The notes under the pieces were generated by a model. It saw only the letters and a list, made by a program, of their open reading frames with translations. It was not told where the DNA came from and searched no databases. Both the position numbers and the translations under genes were made by a program. Below, one piece after another: positions 19,690 to 29,523 of a stretch of DNA of 64,000 nucleotides (position 1 is the stretch's first letter; each line of letters begins with the position of its first letter). This DNA is from Sandarakinorhabdus sp. (GTDB taxonomy: Bacteria; Pseudomonadota; Alphaproteobacteria; Sphingomonadales; Sphingomonadaceae), in NCBI RefSeq assembly GCF_031430775.1, contig NZ_JANPCD010000170.1, positions 6,003 through 70,002 on the forward strand, in the 5' to 3' direction.

Positions 19690-20775
19690 TTACAGACCCA
19701 GTTCCGCCATCGTCACAACCCGGTGTTCGCGTGCTGAAATCTCGGCGGCCATGCCCATGGCGACTGCGCGCAGGCCGTCATCGGCGCTGACCATCACCGG
19801 GCCGGCGCCGCGCACGGCCTTGGCGAAATGCTGGTGCTGGAAGAAGGTCGAGCCGTGATGCTGGCCAGCCGCCAGCGCTTCGGCTGGCGTTTCGACATGC
19901 CAGCGCACAGCCTGCTTGGGGTTCATGAAGCCGACGCGTGGGCTATGGATGAGGTCGCCGGCCGGGATCAGCACATCCAGCCGTGCCTTGTCCCCCACCG
20001 CGATGATCTCCTCCTGCTGCTGCGCGCCATCGGCGAACATGTTGAGGTCGAGCATCGCCCGCGCGCCATTTGCAAAATCGACGGTGGTGTAGCTGTTGTC
20101 GATGATGTCCGGCGTCCGGCCATCATAGCGCTCGTCCTTGTGGTTCACGTCCATGGCGCCCGAGCAATGCACGCGAACCGGCTCCGACCCGATCACAAGG
20201 CGCATCAAGTCAAAGAAATGGCAGCATTTCTCCACCATGGTGCCGCCGGTATTGGCGACAAAGCGGTTCCAGTCGCCAACCTTGACCAAAAAGGGAAAGC
20301 GGTGTTCGCGGATCGACAGCGTCTTGAGGTCACCGACCTTGCCGGCGTGGACAAGCTGCACAAACTCGCTGACCGGCGGCATGAAGCGATATTCCATCGC
20401 CGTCCAGAATATCGGTCCATAGCTGCGGGCGGCATCGGCCACGGCGCGTGCGTCATCCATCGTCGTGCACAGCGGCTTTTCGCACAATATGTGCAGGCCC
20501 GCGTCCATCAGCGGCGTCAGCACCGCGCGGTGCGTGAAGTTCGGTGAAGCAATCACGACTGCATCGCACAGGCCAGAGGCGGCAAGGCCCGCCGCATCTT
20601 CAAAACGTGCCACTTCGCCGCCGATGGCCGCTGCGGCGCGGTCGAGGCAGGCCGGCACCGGATCTGCAATCGCGGTGATGACGGCGTTTTCCGTCAGCTT
20701 GATGTTGGCGACATGCTCCAGCGCCATCATCCCTGTGCCGACAATGCCCCAGCGGATAGTGTCTGTGCTTTTCAT
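19690..20775 (-). CDS. Gfo/Idh/MocA-family oxidoreductase
   Basis: N-terminal Rossmann IRWGIVGTGMMALEH; EKPL motif (LCEKPLC). Confidence 0.9.
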   Translation of the reverse strand: MKSTDTIRWGIVGTGMMALEHVANIKLTENAVITAIADPVPACLDRAAAAIGGEVARFEDAAGLAASGLCDAVVIASPNFTHRAVLTPLMDAGLHILCEKPLCTTMDDARAVADAARSYGPIFWTAMEYRFMPPVSEFVQLVHAGKVGDLKTLSIREHRFPFLVKVGDWNRFVANTGGTMVEKCCHFFDLMRLVIGSEPVRVHCSGAMDVNHKDERYDGRTPDIIDNSYTTVDFANGARAMLDLNMFADGAQQQEEIIAVGDKARLDVLIPAGDLIHSPRVGFMNPKQAVRWHVETPAEALAAGQHHGSTFFQHQHFAKAVRGAGPVMVSADDGLRAVAMGMAAEISAREHRVVTMAELGL

Positions 20776-20798
20776 GTGGGCTGTCCCCGGTCTATGGC

Positions 20799-21740
20799 AT
20801 GGTCATGAACGAAATCACCCTAAGCCCCAATCCGCGCCCGCTGGGCAAGTCCGAAATCATGGTCAGCCCGCTGGCCTGGGGCATGTGGCGCTTTGCCGGC
20901 GACGATGTGAAGGCCGCTCAGGCCAAGTGCGAAGCGGCGCTGGCTGCGGGCATCACCTTTTTCGACACCGCCGACATCTATGGTCCCGACAATGACGAGG
21001 CGTTCGGAGCGTCGGAGGCGCTGCTTGGCCGCGTGTTTGCTGCTGCGCCGCATCTCAAAGACCGTATCGTTCTGGCGTCCAAGGGCGGCATCCGCATGGG
21101 CGTGCCCTATGATAGCTCGCCCGCCTATCTGCGCGAAGCGGTCGAGGCATCGCTCACCCGGCTCGGTGTCGATCATATCGCGCTGTGGCAGATTCACCGC
21201 CCCGACATGCTGGCGCATCCAGCGCAGACTGCCGCCATGCTCGATACGCTGGTGGCCGAAGGCAAGATCGGCGCCATCGGCGTGTCCAATCACACCGTTG
21301 CCCAGTCGAGCGCGCTGAAAAAGCATTTGAAATCACCTCTGGTTTCCACCCAGCCGGAATTTTCGCCGCTGGCCACCGCGCCGCTGTTCGACGGCACGTT
21401 CGATTGGGCGATGAAGCATGGCCTGTCCGTGATGGCATGGTCACCGCTGGGGCAGGGCCGGCTGGGCGATGGTGATCCGCGTCCCGGCCGCCGGCAGGTG
21501 GAAGATCCGCGCACACTTCGCGTCAAGGCGGCGCTGGCTGCGCATGGCGCCAGCTTTGGCGTTGGCATCGCAGCCGCCGCCTATGCCTGGGCGATGGCGC
21601 ATCCCGCCGGCATCATCCCGATCATCGGCAGCCAGAACCCGGCCCGCATCGCCGAGGCCGCTGACGCGTTCAAGGTGACGTTCACCCGCGCGCAATGGTA
21701 TGCCATCCTTGTCGCCTCGCTTGGGGAGAATCTGCCATGA
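20799..21740 (+). CDS. aldo/keto reductase
   Basis: 313 aa; FFDTADIYG, LWQIHRPD, GVSNH motifs. Confidence 0.9.
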   Translation: MVMNEITLSPNPRPLGKSEIMVSPLAWGMWRFAGDDVKAAQAKCEAALAAGITFFDTADIYGPDNDEAFGASEALLGRVFAAAPHLKDRIVLASKGGIRMGVPYDSSPAYLREAVEASLTRLGVDHIALWQIHRPDMLAHPAQTAAMLDTLVAEGKIGAIGVSNHTVAQSSALKKHLKSPLVSTQPEFSPLATAPLFDGTFDWAMKHGLSVMAWSPLGQGRLGDGDPRPGRRQVEDPRTLRVKAALAAHGASFGVGIAAAAYAWAMAHPAGIIPIIGSQNPARIAEAADAFKVTFTRAQWYAILVASLGENLP

Positions 21741-22795
21741 AGCCTGTCGAAGTCAGCTGGTTTTCCGCCCTGTGTGACGATGATTACGAATTCCTGGGTG
21801 TTCCCGACCAGGCGCTGAAATCCAGCTGGGAGCATTGCCGCAACATCGTGCTGGCGGCGGAAAAGGGCGGCTTCGACAATATCCTGCTGCCGTCAGGCTA
21901 TGCGCTGGGTATCGACACGCAGATGTTTGCCGGCGCGATTGCGGCGCTGACCAAGCGCATTCGCCTGCTGATGGCGATCCGTGTCGGCGAAACCTGGCCG
22001 CCGCAGTTGGCGCGGGCGATTGCCACGCTGGACCAGATTGCGGGCGGACGTTTGACGGTGAACATCATCTCGTCGGACATGCCCGGCGAAACCCTGCCGT
22101 CAAAGCCGCGTTACGACCGCACCGTCGAAGTGATGGAAATCCTCAAGACAATCCTGAACGGCCAGCCGCTCGATCATCAGGGCGAATTCTACAAGCTCAA
22201 GCTCGATCCGCCCGGCGTCAAGACCGTCAGCGGCAAATGCCCGCCGCTGTATTTCGGCGGACTGTCGGAGGACGCGCGCGAAGCCTCGGCCCGCGCCGCC
22301 GATGTCTATCTGATGTGGCCGGACACGATGGACAAGGTGAAGGATGTTGTCGCCGACATGACGGCGCGCGCGGCGAAATATGGCCGCACGCTGAAATTCG
22401 GCTACCGCGTCCATGTCGTGGTGCGCGAGACGGAGGCCGAAGCCCGCACGGCGGCGAACCGGCTGTTGTCGAAACTCGATGCCGCCACCGGTGATGCCAT
22501 CCGCGCCAAATCCCTCGATGCCACAAGCGTCGGCGTCAAGCGCCAGGCCGAACTGCGCGATGCGGCGAGCGACGGCTATGTCGAGGACAATCTGTGGACC
22601 GGCATCGGCCGCGCCCGCTCAGGCTGCGGCGCGGCGCTAGTGGGCGACCCGGACCAGATCGTCGCCAAGCTGAACGCCTATGCCGAAGCGGGTATGGAGG
22701 CCTTCATCCTGTCGGGTTATCCGCACGCCGCAGAGGCCGATTTGTTCAGCCGGCATGTGCTGCCACGGCTCAACCACGGGCCTTTGGTTATGTAA
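21737..22795 (+). CDS. LLM-class flavin-dependent oxidoreductase (luciferase-like monooxygenase)
   Basis: Start MKPVEVSWF (ATG 21737, overlaps the upstream stop as ATGA); luciferase-like layout. Confidence 0.85.
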   Translation: MKPVEVSWFSALCDDDYEFLGVPDQALKSSWEHCRNIVLAAEKGGFDNILLPSGYALGIDTQMFAGAIAALTKRIRLLMAIRVGETWPPQLARAIATLDQIAGGRLTVNIISSDMPGETLPSKPRYDRTVEVMEILKTILNGQPLDHQGEFYKLKLDPPGVKTVSGKCPPLYFGGLSEDAREASARAADVYLMWPDTMDKVKDVVADMTARAAKYGRTLKFGYRVHVVVRETEAEARTAANRLLSKLDAATGDAIRAKSLDATSVGVKRQAELRDAASDGYVEDNLWTGIGRARSGCGAALVGDPDQIVAKLNAYAEAGMEAFILSGYPHAAEADLFSRHVLPRLNHGPLVM

Positions 22796-22816
22796 CGGCG
22801 ACGCCGGGCAGGCGTG

Positions 22817-23644
22817 CTACCGGCCCTTGAAAGCCGGCAGCCGCTTTTCGCGGTAACTCGCGAACGCCTCCCGGAAATCTTCTGTTCCTGTCGCCTTGTC
22901 TTGCTCAAGATCGGCGGCGGCAAAGGCCGTGCTGTAATCCTCGTCAATCGCCGTCCACACCTGCGCCTTCATCGCAGCCAGGCTGCGCGGAGCGGAATAG
23001 GCAGCGATGTTCCGCGCATACTCCATCACATGCGCCATCAGCGCATCGTCATCGAGCACGGCATTGACCAGCCCCAGCCGCTCTGCCTCGGTGCCGTCGA
23101 ACCGCCGCGCGCTGTAGAGCAGGTCCATCGCCCGTGCCGGCCCGATTGCCCGGGTCAGCAGCCAGGCCGAGCCCTTCTCGCCGGGCACGCCGATGCGCGC
23201 GAAGGTGGCGTTGAACATGGCCGAGCGCGCGGCAAAGCGGATGTCGCAGTGCAATGACAGGATGAAGCCCCAGCCGAACGCCGGGCCGTTCACCGCCGCG
23301 ATCGTCGGCTTGCGGCAGGTGATAAGCGCCGGCCAGCCGCCGGAATAATAGGGCGCCAGCGCCGGGCCGACATCATCGCCCCATTGCGGCGCGCTGTCCG
23401 GATGTGTCTCCACGCGCCCGCCGGCACCGGTGCCGATGATCGACAGGTCGAGCCCGGCTGAGAATCCGCGCCCGGCACCCGTCACCACGACCACCCTGAC
23501 CGCATCGTCCGCGCCCGCCCGTGCCACGGCGGCGAAGAACGCGCTCAGCATGTCCGGGGTCAGGGCGTTCAGCTTGTCCGGGCGGTTAAGGGTGATGACG
23601 GCCACCCCCTCGGCCACGGCATATAGAATGCTGTCGTCCGTCAT
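22817..23644 (-). CDS. enoyl-CoA hydratase/isomerase (crotonase) family protein
   Basis: Start MTDDSILYAVAEGVAVITLNRPDKLNAL; oxyanion-hole segment GAGRGFSAGLDL. Confidence 0.9.
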   Translation of the reverse strand: MTDDSILYAVAEGVAVITLNRPDKLNALTPDMLSAFFAAVARAGADDAVRVVVVTGAGRGFSAGLDLSIIGTGAGGRVETHPDSAPQWGDDVGPALAPYYSGGWPALITCRKPTIAAVNGPAFGWGFILSLHCDIRFAARSAMFNATFARIGVPGEKGSAWLLTRAIGPARAMDLLYSARRFDGTEAERLGLVNAVLDDDALMAHVMEYARNIAAYSAPRSLAAMKAQVWTAIDEDYSTAFAAADLEQDKATGTEDFREAFASYREKRLPAFKGR

Positions 23645-24615
23645 CACAGGAACCCCGGCAACCGCTTGGTGATGATGGCATGCGCATCGGCCATGATGGT
23701 GTCGATCAGCTGCTTGCAGGTCGGAATGTCGTGGATCAGGCCGACGACCATGCCGCACGACCAGGCGCCGGCTTCCATCGTGCCGTCCTTCATGATCTTG
23801 GGATACACGCCGGCGACTTCCTCGATGATGTCCTCGAACTTCAGGTTCGGGCCCAGCGCCTTTTCCTTGGCCAGCAGGCGCTCGACTGCCGCATTGTTGA
23901 GCACGCGTTCCGTGTTGCGCAGCGGCCGCATCACCAGCCGCGTGTCCAGCTCGGTGGCGTTCAAAATCGCCTGTTTGACATTGTCATGCACAGGCGCCTC
24001 GACGGTCGCGATGAAGCGCGTGCCCATGTTGACGCCGTCGGCACCCAGCGCCAGCGCCGCCACCAGCTGGCTGCCGGTGGCAACGCCGCCGGATGCCACA
24101 AACGGGATTTTCAGTTCCTGTGCGGCGCGGGGCAGCAGGATCCAGTTGGGCACGTCATCCTCGCCGGGATGGCCGCCGCATTCGAAGCCATCGACGCTGA
24201 CGGCATCACAACCGATCGATTCTGCCTTCAGGCTGTGGCGCACGCTGGTGCATTTGTGGATGACCTTGATGCCGGCCTCCTTGAGCACCGGCAGCCATTT
24301 TGCCGGATTGTTGCCGGCGGTTTCGACCGCCTTCACGCCGCCATCGATGATGGCCTTGATATAGCCGGGGTAATCTGGCGTCGCGAGGCTGGGCAGGAAT
24401 GTCAGGTTCACACCGAACGGCTTGTCGGTCATGTCGCGGCAGCGGGCGATTTCGCTGGCAAGATCATCGGGCGTGCGCTGCGTCAGGCCGGTGATGATGC
24501 CCAGTCCGCCGGCATTGGACACGGCGGCCGCCATTTCGGCAAAGCCGACAAAATGCATGCCGCCCTGGATGATCGGATGTTCGATGCCGAACATTTCGGT
24601 GATGCGCGTCTTCAT
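23644..24615 (-). CDS. NAD(P)H-dependent flavin oxidoreductase / nitronate monooxygenase family
   Basis: 323 aa; GIEHPIIQGGM, ASGGVATG, GADGVNMGTRF motifs. Confidence 0.9.
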   Translation of the reverse strand: MKTRITEMFGIEHPIIQGGMHFVGFAEMAAAVSNAGGLGIITGLTQRTPDDLASEIARCRDMTDKPFGVNLTFLPSLATPDYPGYIKAIIDGGVKAVETAGNNPAKWLPVLKEAGIKVIHKCTSVRHSLKAESIGCDAVSVDGFECGGHPGEDDVPNWILLPRAAQELKIPFVASGGVATGSQLVAALALGADGVNMGTRFIATVEAPVHDNVKQAILNATELDTRLVMRPLRNTERVLNNAAVERLLAKEKALGPNLKFEDIIEEVAGVYPKIMKDGTMEAGAWSCGMVVGLIHDIPTCKQLIDTIMADAHAIITKRLPGFL

Positions 24616-24682
24616 GGCCTTGTCCCCGATGCTGATCTTTTGCCATGGCTAACCCGCCCCCGCGCTGGCGGCAACGCCGCGT

Positions 24683-25807
24683 TTGTGGGAGGGTCAGGGC
24701 GTGATCGTATTCGGGGTGATGAGCATCACGTTGCTGGTGGGGGCAGCGCAGGGACTCGTGCTGGCCGCGCTGTTGTGGCGGGCGCCCGCCAACCGCGCTG
24801 CGAATCGCTGGCTGGCGCTGTTGATCCTGGCCGTGGCGGCACTGATCACGCCCTATATCATTGGCTATGCAGGCTTTTACGATCGCTGGCGCTGGCTGAG
24901 CTTTGCGCCGTTCCGATATACGCTGGCCTTCGGGCCGCTGCTCTGGCTTTACGCCGCGACATTGACGGGCAGGGCGCCGGGCCGGGTGTGGCCGCATTTT
25001 CTGCCGGTGGCGGTGCAGTTCGCGTCCGATGCGCTGGTGTTTCCATGGCCGCTGGCGGTCAAGAACTGGTGGGACGGCGCCGTCCATGCGCCCTATATCT
25101 CGCCCGCGCTCGATCTGGCGACGTTCGTTTCGCTGGCCATCTATGGCCGCCTTGCCTGGGCGTCATGGGCCGAATACCGGCGCTGGCTGGGCGAGAATGT
25201 TACCGATGCAGTGGATTTCGATCCCGGCTGGATTCGCAATTTCCTGATCGCGCTTGGCCTTGTCGTGATGGTCTGGCTGGGGTTTTTCATCGCCAATCTG
25301 CGTGACCCCGGCCGCAACTACTTCGACCAGTTCTGGCTCTATGTGACCTTTTCGGTGCTGGTCATCTATCTTGGGGTCGAGGGCTGGCGCCACGCCCGCA
25401 TGCGCTACCCCTTGCCGCCCGATACCCAGCCTGCCCGGCAAGCAGCAACAGCCGGAGATCCGACCGGCCGGGACTGGGCGGCGCTGGGCGCGCGTTTTGT
25501 GGGGGAGATCGAGACGCGCCGCCTGTGGCAGGACCCGGACCTGACCGCCACCAGCCTCGCCCGGGCGCTCGGCACCAACACCAACTACCTGGCGCGCGCC
25601 TTCAACGAAGGGCTCGGCGCCAATTTCAATGCCGTGATCAACCGTCGCCGCGTGACAGCGGTCCGGGCATGGCTGGAAGACCCCGCCGACAGCCGCGCCA
25701 TCTTGACCATGGCGATGGATGCCGGCTTCCGTTCCAAGGCCAGCTTCAACCGCGCATTTGCGGAGTTTGTCGGCATGTCGCCCAGCGCAGTACGTCTCAA
25801 ATCCTGA
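24683..25807 (+). CDS. membrane-anchored AraC-family transcriptional regulator
   Basis: About 6 N-terminal TM helices plus a C-terminal AraC HTH (LARALGTNTNYLARAFN...AGFRSKASFNRAF). GTG 24701 or ATG 24719 are alternative starts. Confidence 0.8.
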   Translation: MWEGQGVIVFGVMSITLLVGAAQGLVLAALLWRAPANRAANRWLALLILAVAALITPYIIGYAGFYDRWRWLSFAPFRYTLAFGPLLWLYAATLTGRAPGRVWPHFLPVAVQFASDALVFPWPLAVKNWWDGAVHAPYISPALDLATFVSLAIYGRLAWASWAEYRRWLGENVTDAVDFDPGWIRNFLIALGLVVMVWLGFFIANLRDPGRNYFDQFWLYVTFSVLVIYLGVEGWRHARMRYPLPPDTQPARQAATAGDPTGRDWAALGARFVGEIETRRLWQDPDLTATSLARALGTNTNYLARAFNEGLGANFNAVINRRRVTAVRAWLEDPADSRAILTMAMDAGFRSKASFNRAFAEFVGMSPSAVRLKS

Positions 25808-25893
25808 AAATCATCGGTATTTGGGAATTTCGGGCGATGCTGCCCGCGGAAATCGCAAGGGAAACGGCGTCAACCTTTCGGAGAACCGGCGCC

Positions 25894-27819
25894 ATGTTTT
25901 GCAAATCCTTGATTGCCGCCCTGCTGATGTCTGCGCCCGCCATGGCTGCCGACATGCCCGATGCCATGCTTACTGCCGAACAGGCCAGCAGCGATGTCGC
26001 GTTGCTGCGCCGCGCGCTGGAGACCGTTCACCCCGGCCTGTATCGCTACACGCCCAAGCGCGACATGGACGCCAGTTTTACCCGGCTCGAAGCCCTGGCG
26101 CGCCAGCCAATCGCCACGCTGGCGCTGCACCGCGAGATTGCGCGGCTGGTCGCCAGCATCCACTGCGACCACAGCAAACCCGAATTGCCCGATGCCATCG
26201 ACGCATGGCGCCGCATCAATCCCAGCCATCTGCCGCTGCGGTTCCGCCTGATTGAAGGGCGTATGGTGGTGCTTTCGGGCGCGCTGCCTGCCGGTTCCGA
26301 AATCACGGCCATCAATGGCCGGCCAGTGCCGCAAATTCTCGCCGCGCTGGCGCCGCTCGTCGCCTATGACGGCGACACCGATCAGGCCATCGCGGTCAAG
26401 ATCGCGGATGACAGCGATTTGTCGGGCAGCGATTTCGACGAATATTGGCCGGGATTGTACGGCGCCGCCAAGAGCTGGGACGTGGCATGGAAAATGCCCG
26501 GTGCCGGCAGGAACGAGCGCACGGCTCTGGCGCCCATCAGCTTCGATGCGTGGACGCGGCTTGCTGCGCCCGACGGCAATCATCGGCAAGAATTCTATAA
26601 CAGCATGACCTGGCGCATGGCAGGCAAGGTGGCGCGGTTGCAGATTGATACCTTCGTCAACTACCGCAATCCCGTGCAGCCCACGGCGTATCTCGGTGGC
26701 TTTTTCCGGGCCATGAAGGCGGCTGGCACGGATCATCTGATCCTCGATCTCAGGAACAACGGCGGCGGTTCCGAGGATGTTTCGATCGCGCTGGCCCGCT
26801 ATCTGTTCGATGCACCGTTCACCTGGTCCAAGCCAGTGCGCTACAAGGCCATCCGCTATGGCGATCTTGCACGACACATCAGCAGCTGGGGCGAGCGTGA
26901 TGCACTGTTCTACCCGCCGGAGGCCGCCTTCACCCGCACCGCCGATGGCTGGTACGACCGCATCCCGGCAGGGACCGACGAGCGCGACGACGATGACAGC
27001 ACCATATCGCACGACCCGCGGCCCGAGGCGGAACGCTTCACCGGCCGGCTGACCGTATTGACGGGGCCGCAAAATGGCTCAGGCGCCACCCGTACGGTGG
27101 CCTGGCTCAAGGAACGGCGGGGCGCGACGTTGGTCGGCGAGGAAGGATCGGGCAGTGCCGAGGGACCGACAGCGGGCCGGATCTTTCTTGTGACCCTGCC
27201 GAAAAGCGGCATCAAGGTGCGCGTGCCAAATGCCTGGAACCGCACCAATATCACGGCTTTCACGCCGCGCCGGGGTGTTGCCGCCGATGTGCTGGTGGTG
27301 CCGACACTCGCCGATTTCGAGGCCGCGCGCGACCGCGCCGTCGAAGTGGCCCGCGATTTGCCAGCTCCGCCTGCTGCACTTGATGCCGCCGCCACCCTTG
27401 CCGGCGCGCTGGCCGGAAATTGGGCAGGCACGCTGGATTACCGCGATTATGGCGACGACACGCGTGCCAGCCTGCCGACGCTGCTGACCGCCCGTGGCCT
27501 GAACTTGTCCTGGGCCTTTGATGATGGCCCGGCCAACACCGTTCGATCAATCGAAAACTGGGCCTTCACGCCAGACGGCAAGACCCTGACAATCATCAGC
27601 GGCAAGACCCGCGAGACGCTGGCAGTGTCGGAATTGCGCCGCAGCCGCGATGGCGCGTTGACCATGGTGCTGGACGGCAAGGGCACGGAAAACGACCGGC
27701 CGGTGACGATTCGCACCATCCTGACCCAGGACAAACAAGGACTGCGCATCACCCGCATGAGCCGCACGCGCGGACAGCCGTTCATCATGCGCCACAGCTA
27801 TCAGTTGCGCCCCGCCTGA
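25894..27819 (+). CDS. secreted S41-family peptidase-like protein
   Basis: Start MFCKSLIAALLMSAPAMA (signal peptide). DLRNNGGGS motif typical of S41/tail-specific proteases. The upstream 123 codons of the ORF overlap the AraC gene. Confidence 0.75.
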   Translation: MFCKSLIAALLMSAPAMAADMPDAMLTAEQASSDVALLRRALETVHPGLYRYTPKRDMDASFTRLEALARQPIATLALHREIARLVASIHCDHSKPELPDAIDAWRRINPSHLPLRFRLIEGRMVVLSGALPAGSEITAINGRPVPQILAALAPLVAYDGDTDQAIAVKIADDSDLSGSDFDEYWPGLYGAAKSWDVAWKMPGAGRNERTALAPISFDAWTRLAAPDGNHRQEFYNSMTWRMAGKVARLQIDTFVNYRNPVQPTAYLGGFFRAMKAAGTDHLILDLRNNGGGSEDVSIALARYLFDAPFTWSKPVRYKAIRYGDLARHISSWGERDALFYPPEAAFTRTADGWYDRIPAGTDERDDDDSTISHDPRPEAERFTGRLTVLTGPQNGSGATRTVAWLKERRGATLVGEEGSGSAEGPTAGRIFLVTLPKSGIKVRVPNAWNRTNITAFTPRRGVAADVLVVPTLADFEAARDRAVEVARDLPAPPAALDAAATLAGALAGNWAGTLDYRDYGDDTRASLPTLLTARGLNLSWAFDDGPANTVRSIENWAFTPDGKTLTIISGKTRETLAVSELRRSRDGALTMVLDGKGTENDRPVTIRTILTQDKQGLRITRMSRTRGQPFIMRHSYQLRPA

Positions 27820-27859
27820 GGGGCTGGCCGTGCGCCGGGCTGCATGCCACAAGGGGCGC

Positions 27860-29011
27860 ATGCAGGCTGGCACGACCATCTTCGAGCATATGTCGGGCCT
27901 CGCCCGCGCCCATGATGCCGTCAATCTGGGCCAAGGCTTTCCCGATTTTGGATGGTCCGATGCGGTGCTGGGGGCGGCGGCAGAAGCCGTTCAGCGCGGC
28001 AACAACCAATATCCCCCGATGCGCGGCCTGCCTGAGCTGCGCCGTGCCGTATGCGATCATTATGCCGTGCACCAGGGGCTGGTGCTGTCGCCCGATCAGG
28101 TCATCATCACATCCGGGGCCACGGAGGCACTGGCGGCGGGCATATTGGCGGTGGTTCAGCCCGGCGACGAAGTCATCGTCTTCGAACCATTGTACGACGC
28201 CTATCTGCCGCTCATCCGCCGCGCCGGCGGTGTGCCGGTGCCGGTGCGCCTCAATCCGCCCGACTGGCGCATCGATGCCGGGGCGCTGGCTGCCGCCATC
28301 TCTCCGCGCACCCGCGCGCTCATTCTCAACAACCCGCAAAACCCGGCGGCATCGGTTTGCCCGGCTGCCGATCTCGATATCATTGCCGCGACCTGCGCCG
28401 CACACGACCTGATCGCCATTTCCGACGAGGTCTGGGAACATGTGCTGACCGGCGACGCGCCGCATATTCCGCTCGCCAGCCGCCCCGGCATGGCGGCGCG
28501 TACCATCAAGATCGGCTCGGCCGGCAAGATACTGGCGCTGACCGGCTGGAAGGTTGGTTGGGCGGTGGCCGAGCCGAGCCTGGCCGAGCGGGTGGCGGGG
28601 ATGCACCAATTCCTGACCTTCACGACGCCGCCGCCGCTTCAGAGCGCGGTTGCCGTCGGCCTGGCATTGCCGCCTGACTGGTTCGCGGCATCCCGCGCGC
28701 GGCTGACGGCCGCCAAGGCGCGCCTGTCGGAGACATTGTTTGCCGCTGGCTGGCACCTGCTGCCTTCCGCCGGCTCCTATTTCATATCCGTCGATCTCGC
28801 GGCGTCCGGCGTTGCCATGGATGACATCGCCTTTTGCGAGCGCGCTGTGCGCGAGGTTGGTGTCGCGGCGATCCCCATGTCGGCCTTTTACGCCGCCGCG
28901 CCCGAAACCGGACTTGTGCGGCTGTGTTTTGCCAAAAGCGATGCCGTGCTTGATGAAGGGGCGCTGCGGTTGGCACGGGCGCGGGATTTGTTCAGCAAGG
29001 GAGCGGCGTGA
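27860..29011 (+). CDS. PLP-dependent aminotransferase (YbdL/methionine aminotransferase-like)
   Basis: NLGQGFPDF, NNPQNP and SAGKILALTGWKVGW (PLP-lysine) motifs; ATG 27860 follows AAGGGG. Confidence 0.9.
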   Translation: MQAGTTIFEHMSGLARAHDAVNLGQGFPDFGWSDAVLGAAAEAVQRGNNQYPPMRGLPELRRAVCDHYAVHQGLVLSPDQVIITSGATEALAAGILAVVQPGDEVIVFEPLYDAYLPLIRRAGGVPVPVRLNPPDWRIDAGALAAAISPRTRALILNNPQNPAASVCPAADLDIIAATCAAHDLIAISDEVWEHVLTGDAPHIPLASRPGMAARTIKIGSAGKILALTGWKVGWAVAEPSLAERVAGMHQFLTFTTPPPLQSAVAVGLALPPDWFAASRARLTAAKARLSETLFAAGWHLLPSAGSYFISVDLAASGVAMDDIAFCERAVREVGVAAIPMSAFYAAAPETGLVRLCFAKSDAVLDEGALRLARARDLFSKGAA

Positions 29012-29163
29012 TGGAGAAGAAGGAAGTTGTCAGATCCGGCATCGGCTTTGGCTCGGCACTGGCCATGGTCATCAGCTGGAGCCTGCACAAATCGATCCTG
29101 TGGGCGATCGTGCACGGGTTCTTGACCTGGTTTTATGTGATTTATTACGCGGTGACGCGGTAG
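29011..29163 (+). CDS. 50-aa two-TM small membrane protein
   Basis: Below the ORF-track cut-off. ATG overlaps the aminotransferase stop (TGATG). MEKKEVVRSGIGFGSALAMVISWSLHKSILWAIVHGFLTWFYVIYYAVTR. Confidence 0.5.
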   Translation: MEKKEVVRSGIGFGSALAMVISWSLHKSILWAIVHGFLTWFYVIYYAVTR

Positions 29164-29303
29164 GCGCATCTGACTGCGGCCGCCGGCAAAGCCGTCGAGT
29201 CCGCTGAAGCGAAAAGCAAGCAAGGCAGGTTGCGGGCAAGGCCCGCGCGTCGGACGGGCCGAACGTGCCGGCCTGTAGGCCGGTCGTTCGCCCGCCGGCC
29301 GCG

Positions 29304-29355
29304 CTTGCCGGAGTCGGCAAATTGCGTTGCGCGCAATTTGCGCGCCCGGCTGCGC
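29304..29355 (-). repeat. 52-nt REP-like hairpin element, copy B (abuts the 3' end of tRNA-Gly)
   Basis: CTTGCCGGAGTCGGCAAATTGCGTTGCGCGCAATTTGCGCGCCCGGCTGCGC. Collinear with copy A. Stem GCAAATTGCG/CGCAATTTGC carries compensatory changes. Confidence 0.7.
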
Positions 29356-29429
29356 TGGAGCGGGCAGCGGGAATCGAACCCGCACGAGCAGCATGGGAAG
29401 CTGCCAGGCTACCACTACATCATGCCCGC
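29356..29429 (-). tRNA. tRNA-Gly (anticodon CCC)
   Basis: Reverse complement GCGGGCATGATGTAGTGGTAGCCTGGCAGCTTCCCATGCTGCTCGTGCGGGTTCGATTCCCGCTGCCCGCTCCA. It has a 7-bp acceptor stem, anticodon loop TTCCCAT, T-arm GGTTCGATTCC, discriminator U and CCA. D-stem pairing is weak by eye. Confidence 0.8.
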
Positions 29430-29523
29430 CTGAGGGCCGCTTGCCATGGCGCGGGGCCGCAGGTCAACTGTCGGCGTCGCGGTGGCCGAATTCACCGTAC
29501 CAGTCATGCAGAACACTCTTGAC

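Noticed and set aside
29164-29303. Several 60-175-aa ORFs between the small membrane protein gene and tRNA-Gly
   Set aside because: All are Arg/Pro/Ala-rich, overlap each other, the hairpin repeat or the tRNA, and lack SD sequences. The region looks non-coding.
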